Virus record (IMG/VR): IMGVR_UViG_3300045988_058553
Location: 119,095-183,094 of that record
Direction: 5' to 3' (one strand)
Source: a virus
Length of the DNA: 64,000 nucleotides
Part shown: piece after piece, positions 38,795 to 47,914 of the stretch
Layout of the letters: every line of letters starts with the position of its first letter
How positions within the stretch are numbered: position 1 is the first letter of the stretch
The notes under the pieces: model-generated
Seen by the model: the letters and a program-made list of their open reading frames with translations, nothing else
Database searches by the model: none
What the model was told of the DNA's origin: nothing
Program-made: the position numbers and the translations under genes

Positions 38795-39342
38795 TTAAAT
38801 TCTCCTACATTGAAGTGTCTGGCAAAACAAGCATCAAACACTAGCTTTCCAAACTGAGTTGACACATATTTAGCAATCTCTTTAGATTTGCACGCAAGCA
38901 TCCCGACATTGGAATAGGCACGGCCGACGCCAACGCTAGAATTGAAACAGCCGAGACCCGCATGGCCGCCATTAGCCGCGCCGCCGCCCACCAGCGCGAA
39001 TTTCTCGCCCTGATAGCTGAAATGTCCAATAACCTCCGCATCTTTCGGCACTGATTTCATTCTAAAGAACCGAACCCAAGGATACCATACAGTTCCAGTT
39101 AATAGATTAAACTTATGTCCTTCGTTTAAGGCATCAATAATTAATTGTAGCCTAGAGAGGGATTCTATAGATTGGTTTTCTCTCATGTATGTAGCAAGAC
39201 ATACTCCCATCTCGTTGGTAGCGTCCGTGAAGGATTTTATCCTTTCTGTAGAGCTACTAGGAACAATTTCTACTTTTCCAGTCTCTGCATTGTAAACTGG
39301 TTTGTAGCCATCTGGACATTCAATTTCAATAGTTCTTTTCAT
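38782..39342 (-). CDS. DGR variable protein 2 (remote target, contains VR1)
   Basis: 186-aa ORF. Residues ~LVGGGAANGGHAGLGCFNSSVGVGRAYSNVG are encoded by the GC-rich variable repeat at 38,902-38,994. Confidence 0.55.
   Translation of the reverse strand: MKRTIEIECPDGYKPVYNAETGKVEIVPSSSTERIKSFTDATNEMGVCLATYMRENQSIESLSRLQLIIDALNEGHKFNLLTGTVWYPWVRFFRMKSVPKDAEVIGHFSYQGEKFALVGGGAANGGHAGLGCFNSSVGVGRAYSNVGMLACKSKEIAKYVSTQFGKLVFDACFARHFNVGEFKWLD
38902..38994 (-). repeat. DGR variable repeat VR1
   Basis: Aligns codon-for-codon with the TR at 63,759-63,854. Every difference falls at a TR adenine, and non-A positions are identical. Confidence 0.8.
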
Positions 39343-39371
39343 TTGTTATAATATTTAATAAAACATGGTTT

Positions 39372-39445
39372 GGGTGTTATAGCGGATTTGAACCGCTGAC
39401 CTCTACAGCCACAATGTAGCGTTCTGCCAACTGAACTAATAACAC
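39372..39445 (-). tRNA. tRNA-His(GTG) with encoded G-1
   Basis: Extra 5' G pairing with discriminator C73 (a His hallmark), perfect anticodon arm CTACA-TTGTGGC-TGTAG, T arm AGCGG-TTCAAAT-CCGCT. Confidence 0.65.
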
Positions 39446-39456
39446 CATCTAATCAT

Positions 39457-39921
39457 TTATTCAAACAACGGCAATAACTTTTTACCAAGAATCTTTACCG
39501 CTTTCTGTGCATCAGCTACAGTTCTAAAATAAACAATACCTGGATATTTTACGTTTTGATGCATGACGACGTACACTCCTTTTATATCAGTTTCCGTCTT
39601 TCCAGATAGAGAAGAACCTTTTCCAAGAAAATAGCCAGTATTACCTTCTGTTTTGATCCATCCTTTATTTAGATAGTTAGCAACTATTTGTAAACTAGCT
39701 AGAGAACTGAGTTGTTCTGTCATGCTTGGAGGACATACTAATGTATTCCAAAAACCATAATCTTCTTCAGACTCTACTATCTCTTTAAAGGAAGGAATTA
39801 GCATTTCCTCACTAAATGCAGTAAGAGCTAATTTCTTCAAGTCTTCATTACCGCTTTCATACCATTCGCGTGCCTGCTCTAAAGTTACCTCAAGATAGGC
39901 TTTTGTCTTAATTCTATTCAT
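39457..39921 (-). CDS. hypothetical protein
   Basis: 154-aa ORF. Confidence 0.4.
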   Translation of the reverse strand: MNRIKTKAYLEVTLEQAREWYESGNEDLKKLALTAFSEEMLIPSFKEIVESEEDYGFWNTLVCPPSMTEQLSSLASLQIVANYLNKGWIKTEGNTGYFLGKGSSLSGKTETDIKGVYVVMHQNVKYPGIVYFRTVADAQKAVKILGKKLLPLFE

Positions 39922-40169
39922 TTTTGTTTATTAGTTTTTAATGGACACCAATCCGGAATTAATACCCTTTCGTAAGGTCTTAACATTCCCTCAATTAGTT
40001 TATTCCCTGCCTCTTTACAAAGCGCTTTTTCATCATCGTCATTGAACCAGTCATCGGGGTCTGGGTCAGGAGCGATTCTACAATGAGGACATTCCCTACA
40101 CTGCGTAATTTCTTTTTGGAATATTACACTAGTACCAGATTTCTGGCAAGTATCCTTTTCCGTACTCAT
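39918..40169 (-). CDS. hypothetical Cys-rich protein
   Basis: 83-aa ORF with CRECPHC...C. Confidence 0.35.
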   Translation of the reverse strand: MSTEKDTCQKSGTSVIFQKEITQCRECPHCRIAPDPDPDDWFNDDDEKALCKEAGNKLIEGMLRPYERVLIPDWCPLKTNKQK

Positions 40170-40196
40170 ACGTTGTCATTTTATTCTTATTTAAAG

Positions 40197-40391
40197 TTAA
40201 ACTAAGCTCCATCCATCATTCCAATAGGAATCCTGTCTGTCCATCCAAAATAACGATGAGTCAACTTTTACACCATCTTCGAACTCATATAGTCCGCTGG
40301 AATTTATAGTTACCCATTCGTCTTTACTAAAGTATCTATGCCTTACTTTCTTTCCTTCAGACATAGCTCTAATTGCTTCTTCTTTTGTCAT
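40197..40391 (-). CDS. hypothetical protein
   Basis: 64-aa ORF. Confidence 0.3.
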   Translation of the reverse strand: MTKEEAIRAMSEGKKVRHRYFSKDEWVTINSSGLYEFEDGVKVDSSLFWMDRQDSYWNDGWSLV

Positions 40392-40412
40392 AATCTAATT
40401 AATTAAAATGTG

Positions 40413-40496
40413 TGGGATTGGGAGGACTCGAACCTCCAGTCTCAAAAGAGAGCAGATTTACAGTCTGCGCGGCTACCAATTACCGGTTACAATCCC
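40413..40496 (-). tRNA. tRNA-Tyr(GTA), type II
   Basis: Perfect acceptor GGGATTG/CAATCCC, anticodon arm GCAGA-CTGTAAA-TCTGC, long variable arm, T arm GGAGG-TTCGAGT-CCTCC. Confidence 0.6.
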
Positions 40497-40724
40497 GAAT
40501 CGACCTAGTAGAGAACCCTGGTTTCCTCGTTTAAACATGACTAACCTATATGCAGTGGGTATACATATTTCTAAAATCCATATCCTAGGTCTAAACTCTG
40601 CGCATCTCGCTAACAGAGTTTTACTCACAGAGAGACTGATAGTAGTCTATCCAATAGTCTGCTTCCATATCTTCGAAAATCTCTTTAAGTTCTTCGTCAG
40701 ATAATCCTTCGTACTTATCTTCCA

Positions 40725-41096
40725 TTATAGCTTTCTTCTATTAAATAGATTAAAGTAACTTGCTGAATAAATATCACATAATGCCTTATACTTTTTAGGA
40801 ACTGGATAGTTAAAGTCATCAAAAGCAGATTCTTTAATAAATCCGTCTTTGAGAGCCATACTAGCAGTAGTAAAAGCAATGTTACATTTGTTCTTTTGTG
40901 CCCATGACATAATATCAGTCATTTTGGAATTAAAGTACTCTTTGTCGTTTTCAAGTAGTAAATAGATTTCTACTCTACAAATAGCAGGATTATTAAATCC
41001 TTGTTTTCCCTGTCTTAATTCTATCTTAGACACGAAATTTAAGTCTAACAAATCAGCTATTCTTTCCTTTGCGATAATTCTTGAAATTCTTATCAT
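40725..41096 (-). CDS. hypothetical protein
   Basis: 123-aa ORF. Confidence 0.4.
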   Translation of the reverse strand: MIRISRIIAKERIADLLDLNFVSKIELRQGKQGFNNPAICRVEIYLLLENDKEYFNSKMTDIMSWAQKNKCNIAFTTASMALKDGFIKESAFDDFNYPVPKKYKALCDIYSASYFNLFNRRKL

Positions 41097-41189
41097 CTTC
41101 GTGAAAATAAGTAAACCCTATAGTAGCTATTATAGCTATTTCTAGAGTAATAAATACTAAAAATCCTATTAACATATTCATTAAATTTG

Positions 41190-41272
41190 TGGGAGTGGAA
41201 GGATTCGAACCTTCTAAGCCATAGGCACTTGATTTACAGTCAAGCCCAACTCTCCAACGTTGGCGCACTCCC
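41190..41272 (-). tRNA. tRNA-Tyr(GTA), second copy, type II
   Basis: Perfect acceptor GGGAGTG/CACTCCC, D stem CCAA/TTGG, anticodon arm CTTGA-CTGTAAA-TCAAG, T arm GAAGG-TTCGAAT-CCTTC. Confidence 0.55.
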
Positions 41273-41490
41273 ATACAATTAACAGATTCGTTCTAATTAA
41301 CATAGCTGTTACCGTTCTTCCATTTGGCACCCCAAATCATCTAACAGCTAATAGCCGCAGTGCGTGGTAACGATATTAAGGACATTGCCTCTGTTAATCG
41401 GAGTAATCAGGGATTCATCTAAAAGGCACCTACAGTCCTAATTGCTGTACTAATAGTGAATGTTGATTACTTCTTGTCTGGATAGCAGGA

Positions 41491-42117
41491 TTAGTCTCTG
41501 AACTTCCACTTGTATTTATAGGCAGTTTTTGATTTGCCTTTACAACAGTTAGATATTTTCGAGAATCCTGTGTTATTTTTAGCGAAACCATTGTCACATA
41601 ACCAATTCATAGCTTCTGCAATACTATAAAAAGTTTGAATATAATTTCCAGCTAAATCATACTACATAACTATCTTTGAATCTCCTTTTCTAAGTTTTAC
41701 ATTATTTGTTTTTAGTACTTTGTAAATAATATCTTTACAACATCCTACTTTTTCGGAGATTTGTTGACTATTATATCCTAAGTTAGCTAGCTAAATAATT
41801 TCTTTATAATCATAAAGAATAGTACCATCTCCACCTCTGGAAGCATTATATCCATTAGAGCCATAAGTTCCTAATTCATTTATCCAAAAGATTTCTCTTT
41901 CAGATAATAGATTCTCATCTTCTACTTGCTCTAATTCTTCTATTATAAAGTTCTCTACACCATATTTATTCATGGCATCGTATAATGGACGCTTCTCGCA
42001 TCTTTCCTTTTGTGAATCTCTATAATGCTCTTTGAGACGTTCTTCTATAGACTATGTAGTTTTGCCTACATATCTTTTGTTATTAATTAAGTTTGTAATA
42101 CAATAAATATAATTCAT
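41491..42117 (-). CDS. GIY-YIG homing endonuclease (copy C, in-frame TAG codons)
   Basis: MNYIYCITNLINNKRYVGKTT-Q-SIEERLKEHY...KYGVENFIIEE...GYNASRGGDG. Three internal TAGs, ends at TAA. Confidence 0.5.
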
Positions 42118-42166
42118 AATTTTAGCTTTTAAGTTAGTTTGTAGATTATTAGCGTTACCCGAAACA

Positions 42167-42180
42167 CACCACGTGGAGGT
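42167..42180 (-). promoter_or_regulatory. conserved motif ACCTCCACGTGGTG upstream of GIY-YIG copy C
   Basis: Same 14-mer. Here it lies 19 nt after the tRNA-Pro 3' end. Confidence 0.4.
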
Positions 42181-42198
42181 TATCTACTTTAGTGTTTC

Positions 42199-42271
42199 TC
42201 TGGATAGCAGGACTCGAACCTGCGGTCTCTACATCCCAAATGTAGCATCTTACCAACTCGACTATACCCAG
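42199..42271 (-). tRNA. tRNA-Pro(TGG)
   Basis: C1:G72 start (Pro-like), perfect anticodon arm CTACA-TTTGGGA-TGTAG, T arm GCAGG-TTCGAGT-CCTGC. Confidence 0.6.
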
Positions 42272-42351
42272 ATGCAAACACGTGTTTCACAACAAATGTT
42301 TACTAGCGGAATAAAAGAAAAAGACTACCCTATTAATAGGGCTAAAGTTAG

Positions 42352-42422
42352 TTCTCCCTAAGAGAGTCGAACTCTTGTCTTTCGATTAAAAGTCGAAAGC
42401 TCTACCGTTGAGCTAAGGGAGA
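42352..42422 (-). tRNA. tRNA-Lys(TTT)
   Basis: Perfect acceptor TCTCCCT/AGGGAGA, D arm GCTC/GAGC, anticodon arm TTCGA-CTTTTAA-TCGAA, T arm AAGAG-TTCGACT-CTCTT. Confidence 0.6.
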
Positions 42423-42429
42423 ATAATAG

Positions 42430-42501
42430 TCCTTCCTTCCAGATTCGAACTGGAATTATCTGTTTAGAAGACAGAGGTTCTATCCATTGAACTAAGGAAA
42501 G
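42430..42501 (-). tRNA. tRNA-Arg(TCT)
   Basis: D arm GTTC/GAAC, perfect anticodon arm TCTGT-CTTCTAA-ACAGA, T arm TCCAG-TTCGAAT-CTGGA. Confidence 0.6.
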
Positions 42502-42563
42502 GATAACTAAGAGTTTGTCTACTATTATACAGTATAATCTAGATTTCTCTTAGTTAAGAATTG

Positions 42564-43523
42564 TTAAATCTTCTCTTCAGAGATTAGTGCGTTCCCACAA
42601 GTAATTCGGTCAGAATCTTCCTCCTTAGATGGAACAAACACTATAACATCCCAACCTTCTTTCAATAAAGGTTGTTCAAAGCGACGATAAACGTCATAAT
42701 CAGAGTATCCAGTTACCTGGAAACCATTCTCTATAGCAGAAGCTGTTTCATGTATAGGAGTGATTTTAACAATAAATTTCTCCCTATCAAATAGCTTTGA
42801 CAATTCCTTCGCATCGAGAATAGTTTGTGAGGTTACTGGAAAATTTAGAGTATACTTTCTGCCTACTGGCATTGGTAACTCATTAGCCAACTGAGAAATT
42901 TGTGCTAGTGACAAACTCTTAGAGTCAAACAGCTTGTTTCTCTGTTCATCGTCTGTAGAATTGATTGAAAACTGTAAGCCTGCTTCTCCATTGTAGAACT
43001 CATTTTTTATGCTACACCAAACCTGTAAGAAGTTTCCAAGCTTATTATTTGCTTTCGGAAGCATCGTGGAAACTACTGGATGAACAGTTTTAGCTGTTAA
43101 TCCTGCAGACTTAACCACACCTCTGAGAGCAAGTCCAAATGCTAATACATTATCATTCCATGTTGGTTCTCCCATTCTAGCAAAGTGTACATTAAACCTG
43201 TCTGTTTCTCTGACACTTTCGCCTTCTATAATAGTTCGGATTTGTCTATCCATATCTTCTATAGAAGCATTTCCATAGAATCCAAACTTGGGAACATCAC
43301 AGAATTTACAATGCATAGGACAGCCTTTCTGAGTTGAAATAGTTGCTACCCATTTCTTGCTTAGGTCTACTGCTGTATTCTCTACTCCATTGATTTCCTT
43401 AGTTAGACCTAAGAAATCAGCCTTGATGTTGTTCTCCTTACCATAGTCTCCTACAGTTAAGAACTCTAGTCTATGTTCTGTATCAACATAGATTTTTCCT
43501 GTATGGGTTAATACTGTTTTCAT
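42564..43523 (-). CDS. radical SAM domain protein
   Basis: CPMHCKFC (CxxxCxxC cluster-binding motif) near the N-terminus. Specific function not assignable by eye. Confidence 0.5.
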   Translation of the reverse strand: MKTVLTHTGKIYVDTEHRLEFLTVGDYGKENNIKADFLGLTKEINGVENTAVDLSKKWVATISTQKGCPMHCKFCDVPKFGFYGNASIEDMDRQIRTIIEGESVRETDRFNVHFARMGEPTWNDNVLAFGLALRGVVKSAGLTAKTVHPVVSTMLPKANNKLGNFLQVWCSIKNEFYNGEAGLQFSINSTDDEQRNKLFDSKSLSLAQISQLANELPMPVGRKYTLNFPVTSQTILDAKELSKLFDREKFIVKITPIHETASAIENGFQVTGYSDYDVYRRFEQPLLKEGWDVIVFVPSKEEDSDRITCGNALISEEKI

Positions 43524-43800
43524 TCGTCTTCAATCATTTTCCACATGATGATTAATATTATAAATACAACGATGTATGTCATACAATCCTCCAATCTGGT
43601 CTATTTCTAGTTATACGAAATTTGTTAGCCTCAGACCAGCTTGAGAAGGCCCTAACGACCTTCCCATAACTGTCTAACAGATAATATTTCATAGCGAACT
43701 AGTTCTCCATTTATTTGTACTGTAATTAATACTATTTCTCCTACGATAATCATAGTTTCTACCACAATTATCTCACCGTTTATTTCGGTAATTCTTCTCA

Positions 43801-44052
43801 TCATTGCCATAAGTCAAATACTTTTTTGGTTAGCGGATAGTTTCCTCTCCACTTTGTTGCATACTTAAATATACGAGAATCGCCTATACGACGCCAAGTA
43901 GATCGAAATAGCGGGAATAAAATCGCCATAACGACAAGTCCAAATACTAGAACAATGAAAGTTAAACCTTTCAGTATATGTTCTAATAACCAAACGGGCA
44001 AAGTAATGCCCCATCTAACAATTGCTAATAAATCTTCCATATTAGTCCTCAA
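43801..44052 (-). CDS. hypothetical membrane protein
   Basis: 83-aa ORF with two hydrophobic helices. Confidence 0.35.
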   Translation of the reverse strand: MRTNMEDLLAIVRWGITLPVWLLEHILKGLTFIVLVFGLVVMAILFPLFRSTWRRIGDSRIFKYATKWRGNYPLTKKVFDLWQ

Positions 44053-44224
44053 TTATCAGAGTGCTATGGGTTCTCAATTCCTCTTCCGAAATCGGAATTA
44101 ATTCTCCAAATACTCTTATGTATTTTTGTTCTTTAATTACTAATGATGTGGTAATTTCAGTGATTACCTCGATGTTAGCATTGTGCCATCTCTTTAAATA
44201 CTGAGAATGTATTCTTCTAGACAA
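44042..44224 (-). CDS. hypothetical protein
   Basis: 60-aa ORF. Confidence 0.3.
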   Translation of the reverse strand: MSRRIHSQYLKRWHNANIEVITEITTSLVIKEQKYIRVFGELIPISEEELRTHSTLIIED

Positions 44225-44472
44225 TTCATAGTTGTCTGAGGACGCAATTCTCGCAGCTTTGAATCTTTTTCTCGTGGTTTTCTTTTTAATTCGTTAAATC
44301 TTTTTCTTGCTAATTTTCCATTCACAAATGTTTCTGTAACTGTTCTGATGCCTTCTATGTGAATGGTATACTCGAAGGCGTGGGTTCCAGTGAGAGCTAT
44401 CACTCTTCCCCATGAATCTGTAAATCTTGCGCGAACAGTTGAATCGCAATGTAATCTGTTGAATTTTCTCAT
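44194..44472 (-). CDS. hypothetical protein
   Basis: 92-aa ORF. Confidence 0.35.
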   Translation of the reverse strand: MRKFNRLHCDSTVRARFTDSWGRVIALTGTHAFEYTIHIEGIRTVTETFVNGKLARKRFNELKRKPREKDSKLRELRPQTTMNCLEEYILSI

Positions 44473-44549
44473 TTTTCTTTTCTTTTTTAATCCTGACTAC
44501 CTATTTCTAGGTAGTTTCGTCTTAATTTTCAAAGACTCGTCAGAGGATT

Positions 44550-45035
44550 TTATCTCCAGCAATGCTTTTCAAGCATCTTTTGAAAGATAGGAATATCAGA
44601 AACAGATGCAAAAAGTAACATACAAGACCTTACTTTAATTACATCGTTTCCAAATATCTCGTAAACTGATTTCTCATTATTATAGACCGCTTCTGTGATT
44701 TCAACTAACCTATCTCTCAATATAGGATGGTTGATATATTCAATAGCTTCATCACGCCCACGTATTCCGTAGTAACGAGACTTTTCACTTGTGCCAAGTC
44801 CCTCCATTTGAGGAAAGATAAACCAAATCCAATGTGTTTTCTTCTTCCCTGCTTTGACTTCTTCCAAGGCAGTTTGATAAGTATTCCACTTATCTTGTGC
44901 TTCAATGAATCTGTCAAGTCCAAGATACATTTTGCGAGCAAGTTGTCTTGTTTCTTCTAGAGGAAATCCACTCTGATCTAATTGAGAGTGAGGCATAGCC
45001 AGTTGGCACCACTCTTTGAATGTAAATTTATTCAT
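44550..45035 (-). CDS. hypothetical protein (possibly DUF1810-like)
   Basis: 161-aa ORF. HWIWFIFPQ...GLG motif recalled as DUF1810-like. Weak. Confidence 0.35.
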   Translation of the reverse strand: MNKFTFKEWCQLAMPHSQLDQSGFPLEETRQLARKMYLGLDRFIEAQDKWNTYQTALEEVKAGKKKTHWIWFIFPQMEGLGTSEKSRYYGIRGRDEAIEYINHPILRDRLVEITEAVYNNEKSVYEIFGNDVIKVRSCMLLFASVSDIPIFQKMLEKHCWR

Positions 45036-46218
45036 CTTTATTTAAATGTTTATAACCTAGCATTCCCATCATGGTAAGAGATAAGAATGGATTATATAGC
45101 TTTTTGGGACTAACATCATACATTCCAGATCCTCCAAATACAGATTTTACAGGAATATCTGGGCCTACTATAGTAAATACTCCTTTTATAGGGTCAGAAT
45201 TAAGAACCTATGTTGCATAATCATCTGTAAGAACACCTTCAGACATATTTACAGAACGTACTCTATCCTTGCTTAAATAAGCACCTATTGGACCTCCTGC
45301 CCAATTATTAGAAGATGGATTAGCTTTCTGCCTTTTTATAAGCCTAATCTAGTCATCCCAGTTGGGATTAATTATAGAAGGTTTAACTGGTAGTCCCCAG
45401 ATTGCAAAGTCTCCGTAAGCTTTTGCTCCTCTTGGATTAGAACTGAACCATTTCTCATAATTCTGGTTATTTTTTCCGGTTTCAAAACTATGTTTATCCT
45501 TAATTCCAGACCTCATTGTGATACCATTATATAAAAGATTCTTACCTTGAGGAGAGTTTGCCTAGATATAATACATAGTTTCTATGTTGCTTAGATTCTT
45601 CCTTCCATTAGCAGTATATCTTCCATTAGGCTATCTTATCAGCTTACCAGACTTAATTAGTTCATTATAAGTTTGAACAAACTAGGGAAAAGCTTTTTTG
45701 GTGAATAAGTCTATTTCCTCTTGTGACATCTTATGTCCTGAAGCTAGTGATTGCCAATTTTCTAAAGAATAATCAAGTCCCGTTCGAAGTCTAAACTTTT
45801 CTGCTTCTTCGTTATGCTCTTTGATTACTTTCTTTTGTTGATTAGATCTGGCTTTAGCCTTAGACTTATTTTCCTCAATTCTTTTTTCTACGGCTTGAGT
45901 CTGTCTGTAAGATGGTAAGCTTTGAAGTTTTCCTTCTTTATTCCTAATGTATTCAACTCCCTATGGGTCAAATATTCTTCCCTTCGTTTCTCGCCAACCT
46001 TTCTTTATTAAAACGTTTGAAAGTTTCTTTATTTGCCCTCCTGTGATTCCTGGAATAATTAAGCCTGTAGCTGCTAAACCCATACTTATATAATCTTTAT
46101 CTTTTGCGGCATGAATAAAATCATGTGCGTCCTATGCTTCTCCAACTCCAGGAATAAATCCTGCTAGGAAGTCTAGTATAGGATTTTTGTCTCTAAATTC
46201 TTTTACTTTGTCTTCCAT
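45028..46218 (-). CDS. pre-toxin TG (PT-TG)-domain protein, 7 in-frame TAG codons
   Basis: Hand translation with TAG as sense gives a 396-aa protein. N-terminus LDFLAGFIPGVGEA-Q-DAHDFIHAAKDKDYISMGLAATGLIIPG resembles PT-TG modules of polymorphic toxins. Only TAG interrupts the frame. Terminates at TAA and overlaps the next start (ATGA). Confidence 0.45.
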
Positions 46219-46347
46219 AAATATTTAATTTTTATTTATAGAATACTACACATTTGTTTGCTAAATAGCAAGTATTTTACACTACGTAGGTAGACTATTC
46301 TACCTACCGCTCTCCGCCTAAAGCCTATTTATACTCGCGAAGTCGAG

Positions 46348-46683
46348 TTAGAATGTTTTGTATCCGTACTTTTGCAAAACTGATCTTAAATCACTTAGCG
46401 ATTTCCTTCCAACACCAGGCATTTTCATGAAATCACGCCAAGAATAGTTTTCCATGAAAATGTTGAGAGAGATATAAACTTGATCATCCAACATAGCTCT
46501 AATACGGCTAGCTGTCCTAGGTTGCATTTCTGGAAGAATACTCGCCAGTGTAATGTTTCTATTTTTCCTTTCAAGTGCTGTAATCTCTGGATAAATACCT
46601 AAAGACCATAATACGGAACAAAGTAAATCAGCCTCTCTATCAGAGAGAACTTTTGTTGTTTCTAGAATTTTTATCTCTTTCAT
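46348..46683 (-). CDS. helix-hairpin-helix DNA-binding protein (RpoA alpha-CTD-like)
   Basis: C-terminal MPGVGRKSLSDLRSVL resembles an HhH / alpha-CTD motif. Confidence 0.35.
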   Translation of the reverse strand: MKEIKILETTKVLSDREADLLCSVLWSLGIYPEITALERKNRNITLASILPEMQPRTASRIRAMLDDQVYISLNIFMENYSWRDFMKMPGVGRKSLSDLRSVLQKYGYKTF

Positions 46684-46847
46684 ATATAACTAGTATTGCA
46701 TTTTACACCTAAAACTTAAGACTAAAGGAATTCTCTAATCTGGCTTGGATTAGCTAAGTATTTACGTGGATAGTCCACAACCTTTAGATTTACATAAGAA
46801 ACTGGTGCCCTCAATGTCTTGGGAAGTTATTGAGTTTTTTATTCAGC

Positions 46848-47312
46848 CTAAGCTTTGTAGGCTAGGCAGGTCAAACAGCTTATTAATTCTCCAAATCCAA
46901 ATTCTTGATGATCTTTTTTCAACTTTTCTGGAATCCAGTACAAAGCCTTCAACAATTGGTCTACTTGGAGGGAGTCGAGTACTATTGGACCCTCTTCTTT
47001 AAGAGCTTCTACTAGAGCTTCCATAGCCTGAAAGCTGGAGTGGTTGAAGAAATGAAGATGTCCGTTGGGCTTTCTGAAAACAACACATTCTTCGTCGGAT
47101 TCTATCACTCGATCTCTGTTCTTGAGCAACATTGACAGACACGCCTCCATTCTCATTTCTAACGCCTGTATGCATACTTCTTTCCAAGCGTCAATTACAT
47201 CCATAGGCGTATAGCATTTAGCTTCTACATCATTTGCCTTTTTGAATGGAATACGAAATGTTGTTGTAAACTCTGAATACTTCTTTAAGCTGTTAATTTC
47301 TACTGTGTTCAT
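46848..47312 (-). CDS. hypothetical protein
   Basis: 154-aa ORF. Confidence 0.4.
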   Translation of the reverse strand: MNTVEINSLKKYSEFTTTFRIPFKKANDVEAKCYTPMDVIDAWKEVCIQALEMRMEACLSMLLKNRDRVIESDEECVVFRKPNGHLHFFNHSSFQAMEALVEALKEEGPIVLDSLQVDQLLKALYWIPEKLKKDHQEFGFGELISCLTCLAYKA

Positions 47313-47749
47313 TTTTTCTATAATTTTTAGTTAAAAATGCCTGTCTATTCCAGGCTGCCAACTAATTTCTGTTTTACTTCTAAATCAGTTAAAGGATGAA
47401 GAGAGCCGGGCTTACCGTTCTAGATTTCTCTTTTTAATTTTTGAGCTTTTACAAAGAGTAATAAAAGCCAGCTAGTTTTAATTCTCAGCTAGAATAGGAG
47501 TTATAAGAACACCTTCATGCCTGCAACATAAGCTCCCCATATTTCATCATAGATTTCATTCTCTGAATCTGGGTTTTGCTCCAAGAGTCTATCTAGTAGC
47601 TCTCTCATTGCTTTAGTGTACTCCTCAATACGTTTCATTTTCTCTTTCATGGTAAATATTTTTAATTGTTACTAGAACTATTAGTTTCAGCTAAAGCAGC
47701 TTACTTATCTCTCAAACCACGTAAAGGTTGTTCTTATCTTGAGAGTAAA

Positions 47750-47767
47750 GGCACCGCTGTGCCTTTT
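47750..47767. terminator. GC hairpin GGCACCGCTGTGCC + T-run (terminator-like)
   Basis: 5-bp GC stem followed by TTTT on the plus strand. Lies about 150 nt downstream (on minus) of the tRNA(TTA) gene. Strand ambiguous. Confidence 0.25.
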
Positions 47768-47914
47768 AGTCAAAATGGAAATTAATAAAATAAGCAAAGG
47801 GTAACGACTAGACCTTCCTGTGCCACAATACTTTGAGTTATTTCACAACAACTGCATAGTCTCAGGGCATACCCATTATGGTCCGACAATAATATGAATA
47901 CTGCAACTTAGTAG

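Noticed and set aside
38841-39041. ORFs 38,841-39,041 (-), 63,427-63,666 (+) and 63,495-63,689 (-), all Ala/Arg-rich
   Set aside because: These are alternative-frame artefacts of the GC-rich DGR variable-repeat sequence inside real genes.
41053-41274. ORF 41,053-41,274 (and similarly 30,095-30,325, the N-terminus of 34,058-34,492, and the N-terminus of 51,287-51,589)
   Set aside because: Each overlaps a well-folded tRNA gene, so they are spurious or need trimming to a downstream start.
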